Source: Antedon mediterranea (Eukaryota; Animalia; Echinodermata). From it: DNA of 64,000 nt. This document shows positions 12,585-25,247 of the stretch, in pieces. Numbering within the stretch: the stretch's first letter is position 1; each line of letters opens with the position of its first letter. Position numbers and translations under genes: made by a program. The stretch covers positions 31,564,437 through 31,628,436 of the forward strand of contig NC_092672.1 in the NCBI RefSeq assembly GCF_964355755.1, read 5' to 3'. The notes below the pieces were generated by a model. The model had not been told where the DNA came from. It made no database searches and worked only from the letters and a program-made list of their open reading frames with translations.

Positions 12585-13735
12585 ATTGAAGTGATCTTGG
12601 ACAATCACTGAAACTAAATAAAACAGTAGTTTGAGTTAGAATAACTAATCCGTTTAAACTACTTCGTGCAATGTTGTTCTATATAGGCCCTATTGTTATT
12701 CTCAATGATAACTCAAATGTCATGTTTATTTAGTTGCATTGCTCCCAATTTTAATATAATAATTTTAAATACAATTTACAAATAATTTATTTGCAGTGAT
12801 GTTAAATTTGTATATACTGTGCATACTACAAAATAAGATTATCAGAAAACTCCGATATAGAACAATTAAAAAACAATACATGGTTCCGATTTTGATATTA
12901 TTGTTTTCGATATTTTTGAATAAACAATACACATTGTACTTACAGTGTATTAAATGCCACTATTCATCAGTCAGTGATGGAGTTCTAAGTTGTCCACACT
13001 GGTTGTCGCTACGATATTAAATTGAATAAAAGATGCATCGTATATTAATTATTATATACATACATTGTTAGACCAATCAAGTATAAAGTTACATTTTAAT
13101 GGAAGTAATCATATCATTTATAATCTAATAATGATATTCTTTAATTAGGAGGGCGCGATACTAATTATTTGAAAAATCAATCACTTACTTTCAAGTAGTC
13201 ACTGATCGTGTTTTACAGTCATGTCCACGTGTGTTGTCTGACCATTCTCTTACGTTATTTTCCTCACATTTAGCACGAACATTTTTTGTGTATTACTCGT
13301 ATCAAATGAATAAGATGCATGGCCTAACTTCAGCAAACTGCAGTTACCGAAGATTGTCAACTGTCAACTACATAGTCATACCAAATGGTGAAAAGCTTTT
13401 CTTTCCAAACTCGTTGTAGCAAACTGCCACTTATTAAACTATTTACTGAAGGCCGTCATTCTGTCCATAATCACATGAATACCCTACAAAACTGTTATCT
13501 GACAACCCTCAGCAAACTAGTTTGTCGACATATTTTCTTCAAAATAAAAAGGCTTAACTTTTGCAAACTAATTTCCAAGTAGTTTGCCAATTGGTCTAAA
13601 GTTATTTGACAAACGAACATTTTTACAACCAAGATTTAGGTGCTCGAGTTTACCCTAAACCTTAAGTCTCTTGAATAATGTTTTCTTGTTGTGGATTTGG
13701 AACTATACGGTATTTAAAATATTCAAACTTATCAG

Positions 13736-14590
13736 TTTTTAGTCGCGTGGAAGCGACTCTATAGTTCACTATGTCGGTCGGTCGGTCTGTCTGTCTGTCT
13801 GTCTGTCTGTCGGTCTGTCTGTCGGTCTGTCTGTCTGTCTGTCTGTCTGTCGGTCCGGTATCACTATGCGTTTTATCGCTTTCTGACCTTATCTTGATAT
13901 CAGTTTAATCTAGCTAGGTCAATTTTTCACAGTATATTCCTTATGGCCAGGAATCAATGTGGTTATGTTTTCACGGTGCGCAATAAAAAATTACGCGGTC
14001 TATGCACGATTTAACGAAATCACGTTTGTAATCATATCTTCACAACCATAAATCACAATTAAATAAAATTTGGTAATCATAAATTTCAGGGCATAAATCA
14101 TCATATGGCAATACAATTACGTGCGTAGCGCATGTAACGCAGGCGTACGCGCGCTTAACATTTTCAAAATTTATTTTCGATGAAATAAGAGTACATTTCA
14201 GGCAATTTTAAGCGTTTACAAAATTGCCATGAGTGCGCATATTTTTGCGCGCGTACTGCGCGTTAAATGTTATTGCGCACTCTTTTTGCCCGATTTCTGT
14301 TTTCTTGACTTACTTTTCAACTCGAAATTACGTTATACGAGCACGTCGAAAGTGACAGGCTACGCACGTGTAAATTTAAAAAAAATAAATGTTTTTAAAC
14401 ATTTCAACATTTTTAAACATGTTCAGTAATTTTGGTCAGTATAGTTCACTATGTCGGTCGGTCGGTCTCTCTGTCTGTCTGTCTGTCTGTCTGTCGGTCT
14501 GTCGGTCTGTCTGTCGGTCTGTCGGTCTGTCTGTCGGTCCGGTATCACTATGCATTGTAGCACGCGACTTAATGGCTGTTGGCCTTGTTT
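13736..14590 (+). mobile_element. DINE-1/HINE-like element
   Basis: Inserted in a T-run that is empty in the paralog at ~7350; 5' AGTCGCGTG, two (GTCK)n tracts, 3' CACGCGACT followed by GGCTGTTGGCCTTGTTT. Confidence 0.65.
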
Positions 14591-14613
14591 ATTTCTACAA
14601 TTTGATTTAAAAA

Positions 14614-14888
14614 TTGTATATACACCTGTATATCTTTATTGTATATACCTGTATATCTTTATTGTATATACCTGTATATCTTTATTGTATATACCTGTAT
14701 ATCTTTATTGTATCCTGTATATCTTTATTGTATATACCTGTATATCTTTATTGTATATACCTGTATATCTTTATTGTATATACCTGTATATCTTTATTGT
14801 ATATACCTGTATATCTTTATTGTATATACCTGTATATCTTTATTGTATATACCTGTATATCTTTATTGTATATACCTGTATATCTTTG
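14614..14888. repeat. 23-bp minisatellite (~12 copies)
   Basis: Unit TTGTATATACCTGTATATCTTTA; single copy at the paralogous sites ~7391 and ~19324. Confidence 0.95.
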
Positions 14889-15017
14889 TACTTTTTATGA
14901 AATCTAAAACTGTTGTGCAGTAGTTCTTACTGTCATGACGAATTGTACTGCACATTTTTATATGTATTTTTGTGAACCAGAAAGAGCACATAAAGGTATT
15001 TCGGTTGTTTTTAATTT

Positions 15018-15679
15018 TGTAATATAACGATATACTTTTATAATTAAAATATTGACCTTTGTATCAGAATTCAAATAAGTTCACAAACTTGACCCAGAAA
15101 GTCCAGAGGAGAGTTTGTCCAGATGTTTTAATGACCATTTAGTTTATAATAGAATCCCTAAAGAAAACACTTAGCTTAATTTTGTGACTTTTCCCACCGT
15201 TAAATCAGGAGAGATTGACACTATTTAAGTACAGATTTGACAGTGTCAGCCATCATAGAAATACCTTATTATACCGTTAATCACTTCTAACTAAACACCC
15301 CTGGATCAACTTAGGACCAATCGTTACCCTCACAGATTACGTAGTGACATATGCAAATGAACCGAAGCCAATATACCCCCAAGTTTCAGAAGGGCCCAGA
15401 CACACACCTTACAGCCACTTCACGGAGCACACACCTTACAGCCACTTCACGGAGCACACACCTTACAGCCACCTCACGGAGCACACACCTCACAGCCACT
15501 TCTTCAGAAGCAGACCTACACACTTCACACCTCACCGACAGCATCACTGATCCTCCATTCCTTATCTATACTTATAGTTGTATATTGTACTGAAGTATTA
15601 TACTGAATAAACAATATGTGTTACGACAATTAAGCGAGTAAGAGTCTTCATTAGTACCTCAACAAAACACTATATTACA
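15018..15679 (+). mobile_element. Solo LTR
   Basis: TGTAATATA...TATATTACA ends, 4-bp ATTT duplication, AATAAA at 15606, three internal 27-bp repeats; absent from the paralogous site at ~7540. Confidence 0.8.
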
Positions 15680-17033
15680 ATTTTAATCTTTAAAAAAAAA
15701 AAATTAAATAACAGAAGGACTAAATATTAAAATGTCTGAACCTAAAAGTGAACAAATTAACTACAGATTTATAGCCAAAATACCGACGTTAACATTAAAA
15801 AAAGAGAACCCAAGTTGGCAAAGAACAAATCAACAATTATCAGCTGCTAAAATCATCAATACTTTATTTACAACATATTTGTTTTGTTACACTAGCAGCA
15901 TTGGGTAATAAAAAAACAAGATTATGAATGTAAATTGTAATTACCTTAACTTTTATTTTCTTGTTGAGTTGATTAAAGAAACACTATTATTTTATTAAAT
16001 GTAATAAATATGAATCCAAGATAACATTAATAGCAGATTCATAAACATTTTTTAAAATCCTATGTCAGTTAACAATAAGTTACGCAATTCAAAAACATGA
16101 CACTGGTGAAAAAAAAATAATTCTTTATTTTCGTCTACTACTATTATGGCTAGAAATTGCAACATTTAATACTTTTTTTTCAGTACACAAGTCACATGAC
16201 ACAAGTCGTAATAACATATCTGTTGGCGCCGGTTTACATAATGCCAACTATCGGAAATATTAAAAAGAAAGCAAACAAGCAATTTACTTTATAATATAAG
16301 TTAGTGCAATTTTTATGTGGGAATGATAGCAATATTAATCGTCTCTGATACTGTAGATGATGATAGATTAACATAAGAAGACAATAACGTGTGTGGTATG
16401 TGTGTGAACAGACGTTAGAAATGTGTAAATATATAGTAAACGTGTCAATACAGTAAATTGACATTATTCATCAAACTCGATTCACACATAGGCCTACAAC
16501 AGTAACAAATTGATACAATTAAATGTGTGAAAGCGTATCCGTGGTACTTAGATGTAAAATCTCGGACATTTATGTAAAGACTTGAAACCATTACATTACC
16601 ATAGTATTAGAGTGTGATTGAAGCAGCTTACATAAAATGTAAAGCCCTAACTTCGGTTTTCATTTCTTATTGAGTTGATAAAAGCATTAATTAATATATG
16701 ACGTAAACAAAATTACATTATCATAATGTACATTCAATTTTTATATAAATTGGCGCCTATGTCTTTTCATCGGTTTTCGGATTTTAAAAACTTTTTTGTG
16801 TTAAGGAAGCTGAAATAGTAATCTACGCATTCGTTGCCACTAAACTTGACATACTTTTGTTAAAATATTGTTATGAAATTTATTAGGCACTTAATAAAAT
16901 CAATGTCTATCACGTGTTCTTTATTTCTTACTTCTTCAAGCAACTACGTGATCTTTGAGAGTTTTCAACCTAAATTGTACATCAGTTGATAGCATCAAAA
17001 TGTTTGTTAGTTTCCTGCATTTAGTTCCAAAGT

Positions 17034-17995
17034 TTACTTGAAACATTTTAGACGAAGGATCTTGAAAAACACATTTCTGATTTTAAGATTCGTAAGTGTG
17101 TAAATGAATGAATTGATGGCAGAGTTACTCCACACGAGGTAGAGTAAAACCGCATAAACAATTTCATCTGCTGAGTAATAACTAATACTACCAAAAAAAA
17201 GCACAGTACAGTAAGGTGTCCAGCAGATGATAAAGGCACAAAGTAAAACAGCAAGAGTAACTGCAGCCTTTCGATGTCGTCTCATTGAAGAAGAAATTTC
17301 TGTATTTACGTTCCATTGGGTAGAAAATGCAATGATTGGATTTGTACGCGTACGATGACGTATCTCTTAAATACATAGCTATTCAAATATATTATAATTG
17401 TTAACGGTATCACAAAATAAACGAATAAATTTACCAAACTGTAAGATGTACTTTCTTTCAATTCTTTACCGCACTCTTCTTTTGAGTAGTCAATTGTTTG
17501 TTCTCCTCTAAATTTCTCCCAGAATAAAATTGAAAGTGTGTAAAATGGTATGAGAATAGCCCACGAGACAAGAATCATTACGGTAACTCGTTTTGTAGTC
17601 TGAAAATGACGGTATTTTAACTTCATTTTTAACATCCAGTACCGATCCAAACTGATTAAAATAATACCACAAACAGAAACACCACATGCCGTGTAGTCAA
17701 TGATCAACCACATCTTACAGACGCCTCCGCCGAATGGCCAATAACCAAACATATTCAAAAGTGTGAAAGGCGGGAACGAGAAAGCACCAACGAAAAAGTC
17801 CGCTAGAGAAAGATTCAAGATGAACAAATTTGCTGGCTTCAAACGAAGCGATGTTTCGGTGATAAAAGCAAAAATGACGAGACTGTTTCCAAACACGGTC
17901 ACTACGCACATAATCCAGCATATGATGATTCCGCCGGATACAGTCAAAGTATCGTCAGTTTCATTTACGACATAGTTGTCGCTAGGCGATTCCAT
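17034..17995 (-). pseudogene. GPCR copy 4, frameshifted
   Basis: 1-bp deletion at 17367-17368 relative to copy 5 (tctcttaaa vs tctctttaaa); NPxxY also altered to NSFIY. Confidence 0.8.
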
Positions 17996-19475
17996 ATTGG
18001 AAGTGAGCTTGCACAAACTAAATAAAAAGTAGTTTTAGTTGGAATAGATTCTAAAGGTAATGATAATCTGTTTAAACTACAGTACTTCGTTCAATGTTGT
18101 TCTATATAGGCCCTAAATTGCAATTCTCACAACTCAAATGTCATGTTTATTTAGTTGTATTTGCTTCCAATTTTAAGATTTTGCAACATAAATACAATTA
18201 ACTTATAAGATAAGTTATTTGGAGTGATGTAAAATTTGTATCTACATACTACAAAAGAAGATTTTCAGAAAACTCCCAAATAGTGAAATTAAAATAATAA
18301 TTTGCACCATAATTAAAACTTACGAATATCATATATAATAATAAGTTATTTGAATTGCATACTAAAAAATAAGATTATCAGAAAACTTCGATAGTGAAAT
18401 TAAAAAAAAAAACACTACATGGTTCGATTTTAATATTGTGTTCGATAATTTTGAATAAACAATATACATTGTACTTACAGTGTATTAAATGCCACTATTC
18501 ATCAGTCAGTGATGGAGTTCTAAGTTGTCCACACTGGTTGTCGCTACGATATTAAATTGAATAAAAGATGCATCGTATATTAATTATTATATACATACAT
18601 TGTTAAACCAATCAAGTATAAAGTTACATTTTAATGGAAGTAATCATATCATTTATATTTTAATATATTCTATAATTAGGAGGGCGCGATACTAATTATT
18701 TTAAAATCAATCACTTACTTTCAAGTAGTCACTGTTGTTGATCGTGTTTTACAGTCATGTCCACACGTGTGTTGTCTGACCATTCTCTTACGTTATTTTC
18801 CTCACATTTCGCAAGAACATTTTCTCGTGTATTACTCGTGTCAAATGAATAAGATGCATGGCCTAACTTCAGCAAACTGCAGTTACCGGAGATTGTCAAC
18901 TGTCAACTACATAGTCATACCAAACGGTGAAAAGCTTTTCTTTCCAAACTCGTTGTAACAAACTGCCACTTTTTATTATTTTTTACTATTTACTGAAGGC
19001 CGTCATTCTGTCCATAATCACATGAATACCCTACAAAACTGTTATCTGACAACCCTCAGCAAGCTAGTTTGTCGACATATTTTCTTCAAAATAAAAAGGC
19101 TTAACTTCTGCAAACTAATTTCCAAGTAGTTTGCCAATTGGTCTAAAGTTATTTGACAAACGAACATTGTTACAACCAAGCTTTAGGTGCTCGAGTTTAC
19201 CATTATAGCCTAAACCTTAAGTCTTCCGAATAATATGTTCTTTCTGTGGATTTGGAACTATACCGTATTTTAAAACTTAGCTTGTTTTTTATTGCTACAA
19301 TTTTTAAAAATGTTATTTAGAAATTGTATATACTTGTATATCTTTGTACTTTTTATAAAATCTAAAACTGTTGTGCAGTAGTTCTTACAGTCATGGCAAA
19401 TTATACTGCGCATTTTTATATGTATTTTTGTGAACCAGAAAGAGCACATAAAGGTATTTCGGTTGTTTTTAATTT

Positions 19476-20142
19476 TGTAATATAACGATATACTTTTATA
19501 ATTAAAATATTGACCTTTGTATCAGAATTCAAATAAGTTCACAAACTTGACCCAGAAAGTCCAGAGGAGAGTTTGTCCAGATGTTTTAATGACCATTTAG
19601 TTTATAATAGAATCCCTAAAGAAAACACTTAGCTTAATTTTGTGACTTTTCCCACCGTTAAATCAGGAGAGATTGACACTATTTAAGTACAGATTTGACA
19701 GTGTCATCCATCATAGAAATACCTTATTATACCGTTAATCACTTCTAACTAAACACCCCTGGATCAACTTAGGACCAATCGTTACCCTCACAGATTACGT
19801 AGTGACATATGCAAATGAACCGAAGCCAATATACCCCCAAGTTTCAGAAGGGCCCAGACACACACCTTACAGCCACTTCACGAAGCACACACCTTACAGC
19901 CACTTCACGGAGCACACACCTTACAGCCACCTCACGGAGCACACACCTCACATCCACTTCTTCAGAAGCAGACCTACACACTTCACACCTCACCGACAGC
20001 ATCACTGATCCTCCGTTCCTTATCTATACTTACAGTATAGTTGTATATTGTACTGAAGTATTATACTGAATAAACAATATGTGTTACGACAATTAAGCGA
20101 GTAAGAGTCTTCATTAGTACCTCAACAAAACACTATATTACA
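19476..20142 (+). mobile_element. Solo LTR, duplicated along with the ~4.46-kb unit carrying copies 4 and 5
   Basis: Near-identical to 15018-15679 with the same flanks. Confidence 0.8.
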
Positions 20143-21483
20143 ATTTTAATCTTTAAAAAAAAAAAATTAAATAACAGAAGGACTAAATATTAAAATGTCT
20201 GAACCTAAAAGTGAACAAATTAACTACAGATTTATAGCCAAAATACCGACGTTAACATTAAAAAAAGAGAACCCAAGTTGGCAAAGAACAAATCAACAAT
20301 TATCAGCTGCTAAAATCATCAATACTTTATTTACAACATATTTGTTTTGTTACACTAGCAGCATTGGGTAATAAAAAAACAAGATTATGAATGTAAATTG
20401 TAATTACCTTAACTTTATTTTCTTGTTGAGTTGATTAAAGAAACACTATTATTTTATTAAATGTAATAAATATGAATCCAAGATAACATTAATAGCAGAT
20501 TCATAAACATTTTTTAAAATCCTATGTCAGTTAACAATAAGTTACGCAATTCAAAAACATGACACTGGTGAAAAAAAAATAATTCTTTATTTTCGTCTAC
20601 TACTATTATGGCTAGAAATTGCAACATTTAATACTTTTTTTTCAGTACACAAGTCACATGACACAAGTCGTAATAACATATCTGTTGGCGCCGGTTTACA
20701 TAATGCCAACTATCGGAAATATTAAAAAGAAAGCAAACAAGCAATTTACTTTATAATATAAGTTAGTGCAATTTTTATGTGGGAATGATAGCAATATTAA
20801 TCGTCTCTGATAGATGATGATAGATTAACATAAGAAGACAATAACGTGTGTGGTATGTGTGTGAACAGACGTTAGAAATGTGTAAATATATAGTAAACGT
20901 GTCAATACAGTAAATTGACATTATTCATCAAACTCGATTCACACATAGGCCTACAACAGTAACAAATTGATACAATTAAATGTGTGAAAGCGTATCCGTG
21001 GTACTTAGATGTAAAATCTTGGACATTTATGTAAAGATTTGAAACCATTACATTACCATAGTATTAGAGTGTGATTGAAGCAGCTTACATAAAATGTAAA
21101 GCCCTAACTTCGGTTTTCATTTCTTATTGAGTTGATTAAAAGCATTAATTAATTTATGACGTAAACAAAATTACATTACCATAATGTACATTCAATTTTT
21201 ATATAAATTGGCGCCTATGTTTTTTCATCGGTTTTCGGATTTTAAAAACTTTTTTGTGTTAAGGAAGCTGAAATAGTAATCTACGCATTCGTTGCCACTA
21301 AACTTGACATACTTTTATTAAAATATTGTTATGAAATTTATTAGGCACTTAATAAAATCAATGTCTATCACGTGTTCTTTATTTCTTACTTCTTCAAGCA
21401 ACTACGTGATCTTTATGAGTTTTTCAACCTAAATCGTACATCAGTTGATAGCATCAAAATGTTAGTTAGTTTTTTTTCTGCAT

Positions 21484-22452
21484 TTAGTTCCACTTGAAAC
21501 ATTTTAGACGAAGGATCTTGAAAAACACATTTCTGATTTTAAGATTCGTTAGTGCGTAAATTAATGGATTGATGGCAGAGTTACTCCACACGAGGTAGAG
21601 TAAAACCGCATAAACAATTTCATCTGGTGAGTAATCACTAACACTACTCAAAAAAAGCACAGTACAGTAAGGTGTCCAGCAGATGATAAAGGCACAAAGT
21701 AAAACAGCAAGAGTTACTGCAGCCTTTCGATGTCGTCTCATTGAAGAAGACATTTCTGTATTTACGTTCCATTGGGTAGAAAATGCAATGATTGGATTTG
21801 TACGCGTACGATGACGTATCTCTTTAAATACATAGCTATTCAAATATATTATAATTGTTAACGGTGTCACAAAATAAACGAATAAATTTACCAAACTGTA
21901 AGATGTACTTTCTTTCAATTCTTTACCGCACTCTTCTTTTGAGTAGTCAATTGTTTGTTCTCCTCTGAATTTCTCCCAGAATAAAATTGAAAGTGTGTAA
22001 AATGGTATGAGAATAGCCCACGAGACAAGAATCATTACGGTAACTCGTTTTGTAGTCTGAAATTGACGGTATTTTAACTTCATTTTTAACATCCAGTACC
22101 GATCCAAACTGATTAAAATAATACCACAAACAGAAACACCGCATGCCGTGTAGTCAATGATCAACCACATCTTACAGACGCCTTCGCCGAATGGCCAATA
22201 ACCAAACATATTCAAAAGTGTGAAAGGCGGGAACGAGAAAGCACCAACGAAAAAGTCCGCTAGAGAAAGATTCAAGATGAACAAATTTGCTGGCTTCAAA
22301 CGAAGCGATGTTTCGGTGATAAAAGCAAGAATGACGAGACTGTTTCCAAACACGGTCACTACGCACATAATCCAGCATATGATGATTCCGCCGGATACAG
22401 TCAAAGTATCGTCAGTTTCATTTACGACATAGTTGTCGCTAGGCGATTCCAT
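21484..22452 (-). CDS. GPCR copy 5 (intact; D3.32, Y5.46; ends KCFKWN)
   Basis: Full 7TM ORF; ATG at 22452; donor of the upstream exon at 22952. Confidence 0.88.
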   Translation of the reverse strand: MESPSDNYVVNETDDTLTVSGGIIICWIMCVVTVFGNSLVILAFITETSLRLKPANLFILNLSLADFFVGAFSFPPFTLLNMFGYWPFGEGVCKMWLIIDYTACGVSVCGIILISLDRYWMLKMKLKYRQFQTTKRVTVMILVSWAILIPFYTLSILFWEKFRGEQTIDYSKEECGKELKESTSYSLVNLFVYFVTPLTIIIYLNSYVFKEIRHRTRTNPIIAFSTQWNVNTEMSSSMRRHRKAAVTLAVLLCAFIICWTPYCTVLFLSSVSDYSPDEIVYAVLLYLVWSNSAINPLIYALTNLKIRNVFFKILRLKCFKWN

Positions 22453-24006
22453 ATTGGAAGTGAGCTTGCACAAACTAAATAAAAAGTAGTTTTAGTTGGA
22501 ATAGATTCTAAAGGTAATGATAATCTGTTTAAACTACAGTAGGCCTACTTCGTTCAATGTTGTTCTATATAGGCCCTAAATTGCAATTCTCACAACTCAA
22601 ATGTCATATTTACTTAGTTTTATTTGCTTCCAATTTTAAGATTGTTCAACATAAATACAATTAACTTATAAGATAAGTTATTTGGAGTGATGTTACATTT
22701 GTATACACACACTACAAAATAAGATTATCAGAAAACTCCAAAATGGAGCAATTAAAATAGTAATTTGCACCATAATTTACAAATATAATATATAATAATA
22801 AGTTATTTGAAGTGCATAACTAAAAAATAAGATTATCTTAAAACTTCGATAGTGAAATTAAAAAAAACACTGCATGGTTCCGATTTATATATTGTTTTCG
22901 ATAATTTTTGAATAAACAATATACATTGTACCAGGTCCCTGATTGTACTTACAGTGTATTAAATGCCACTATTCATCAGTCTGTGATGGAGTTCTTGTTA
23001 TCACTGGTTGTCGCTACGTTATTAAATGAATAAAAGATGCATCGTATATTAATTATTATATACATACATTGTTAGACCAATCATGTATAAAGTCACAAAT
23101 TTAATCGAAGTAATCATATAATTTATATTTTAATATATTCTATAATTAGGAAGGCACGATACTAATTATTTTAAAATCAATTACGTACTTTCAGGTTTTC
23201 TCAATAAGCAGTTTATTTTTACTGTTTGATCGTGTTTTACACACATGTCCACGTGTGTTTTCTGACCCATTCTCTTACACCAAATATTTTCCTCACATTT
23301 CGCACGACATTTCCTCGTGTACTACTTGTGTCAAAGGAATACGATCCATGGCCTAACTTCAGCAAACTGCAGTTACCGAAGATTTTCAACTAGTCATACC
23401 ACACGGTGAAAATCTTTTCTTTCGGAGTACCTATACTAGCAAACGGCCACTGTTTAATTTAAACAGGCTATTTACTGATTTCCATAATCACATAAATCCA
23501 AAGACTGCTATTTTATTCTCTGAATTGACAACACCCCGCAAACTAGTTTGTCGGCATACTTTCTTCCAACTAAAAATGCCTAACTTCTGCAAACTAGTTT
23601 ACAAGCAGTTTGTCAATTGGTCTACATTGGAAAACATTGGAAAATTTATCTTGACACATCGGAGTTTGCTGAAATTCGCAAACTAAAGTATTTTGGCAAA
23701 CTTTAGAAACAATGTTCAAGCTAAGTTCTAGGTGCTGGTGCTTGAGAGACTGTTCGACCGCAGAAGTGCACTTTGTAAAAAGGTAAATGACTCTCAAAAC
23801 AAATTCAATTCACATTTTTTCAGCAATATAAATATTTACATTACAAGGATTTTACAGTAATTGTCTGTAGTCGTAAAACCCTTTAAGAAAAAAGACCCAA
23901 ATATTATCAAAAATAAAAAAACATGAAAAAAAGGTTTTAAAGATACAAGTTTTAAACAGAAATAAGCAAAAGTGTAAATACAATATAATACAAAACGAAC
24001 GAATTA

Positions 24007-24957
24007 CTACGTGTATACACTCACACATGCACGCACACCACGCATTTTAAGATTCGTATATGCGTAAAGGAATGGATTGATGACAGAGTTGCTGAACAAG
24101 AGGTAGAGTACAACCCGAAAAACAGTGTAGTCTGGTGTGTGATTACTAACTATACGCCAAATAACTACAACATAGTAAGGAGTCCAGCAGACGAAGAAAG
24201 CAGAAACTAAAGTCGCAAGAGTCACTGCCGATTTGCGATATCTTCTCATTGAAGAAATTGCTGTATTTACGTTTCATGGCGTAGAAAATGTAGTGATTGA
24301 TAATGGAGTTGTACGCGTACGATGACGTATCTCTTTAAATACAGCGCAATTCAAATATATTATCATGGTTAACGGTATTAACAAGTAAACTAATACATTT
24401 ACGAATTTGTAAGCCGTACTTTGTGCCGATTTGCACTCTTCTAAATATCCATTATGTTGTACACCTCTGAATTTCTTCCAGAATAAAATTGGAATTGTGT
24501 AAAATGGTAAGATATCAACCCACGAAAATAGAATCATGACAGTAACTTGTTTTGTATTTCAAGTTTTATTTCAACAGTTTTAGCATCCAGTACCGATTCG
24601 AACTGATTAGTAATAGCATAATGATAAAGTAATACCACAAACAGAAACAGCACATGCCGTGTAGTCAATGATCAACCACATCTTACAGAAGCCTTCACCA
24701 AATGGCCAATTACCAAACATTAGCCACAGAGTGAACAGCGGGAAAGAGAAAGCGCCGATGAAAAGGTCAGCAACAGAAAGATTCAAGATGAACAAATGTA
24801 CTGGATTCGACGGAAGAGATTTTTCGGTAATGAAAGCAAGAATGACGAGACTGTTTCCTAATACGGTTACTACGGAAAGAATCCAAGTTATTACGACTCT
24901 GCCGGACACAGTCAAAGTATCGTCAGTTTGATTTTCGTCATAATCGGACAATTCCAT
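24007..24957 (-). pseudogene. GPCR copy 6, multiply disrupted
   Basis: Three ORF pieces (24607-24981, 24274-24537, 24007-24249); indels around DRY/ICL2, a stop in ICL3, and the C-terminus replaced after ~24045. Confidence 0.9.
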
Positions 24958-25247
24958 AATTGCTGTAAAGTGAACATACACACGTCACTGAAACTATAAA
25001 ACAGTAGCAGTAGAGAATTAATTTTAATGTTAACTAAGATAAGGTGTTTTTCTGGCAAAGTGTTTGTTTGTTTATGATTTTATAATTCATTTACATTATG
25101 ATTTGCCAACAACTCAAATGTAATACTGTAATCTGTGATAATAATATTCAATTTTAAGATAGTAATTTGCAAAAGTAATAAAATACTAAAATTACTTACA
25201 TTTTTTTCCGATTTTGATATTGTTTGCGATACTGTTGACAACAATAC

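Larger units (their letters stand above)
7631..13730 (+). repeat. Tandem segmental duplication of ~2005-7340 (unit carrying copies 2 and 3)
   Basis: Near-identical sequence restarts at TACGTTGCATTTCGCACG (~7632 vs ~2005) and includes the MITEs, SINE, gene and upstream region. Confidence 0.9.

Noticed and set aside
14389-14923. ORFs of 73-149 aa with repetitive peptides
   Set aside because: Translations of microsatellite and minisatellite DNA.
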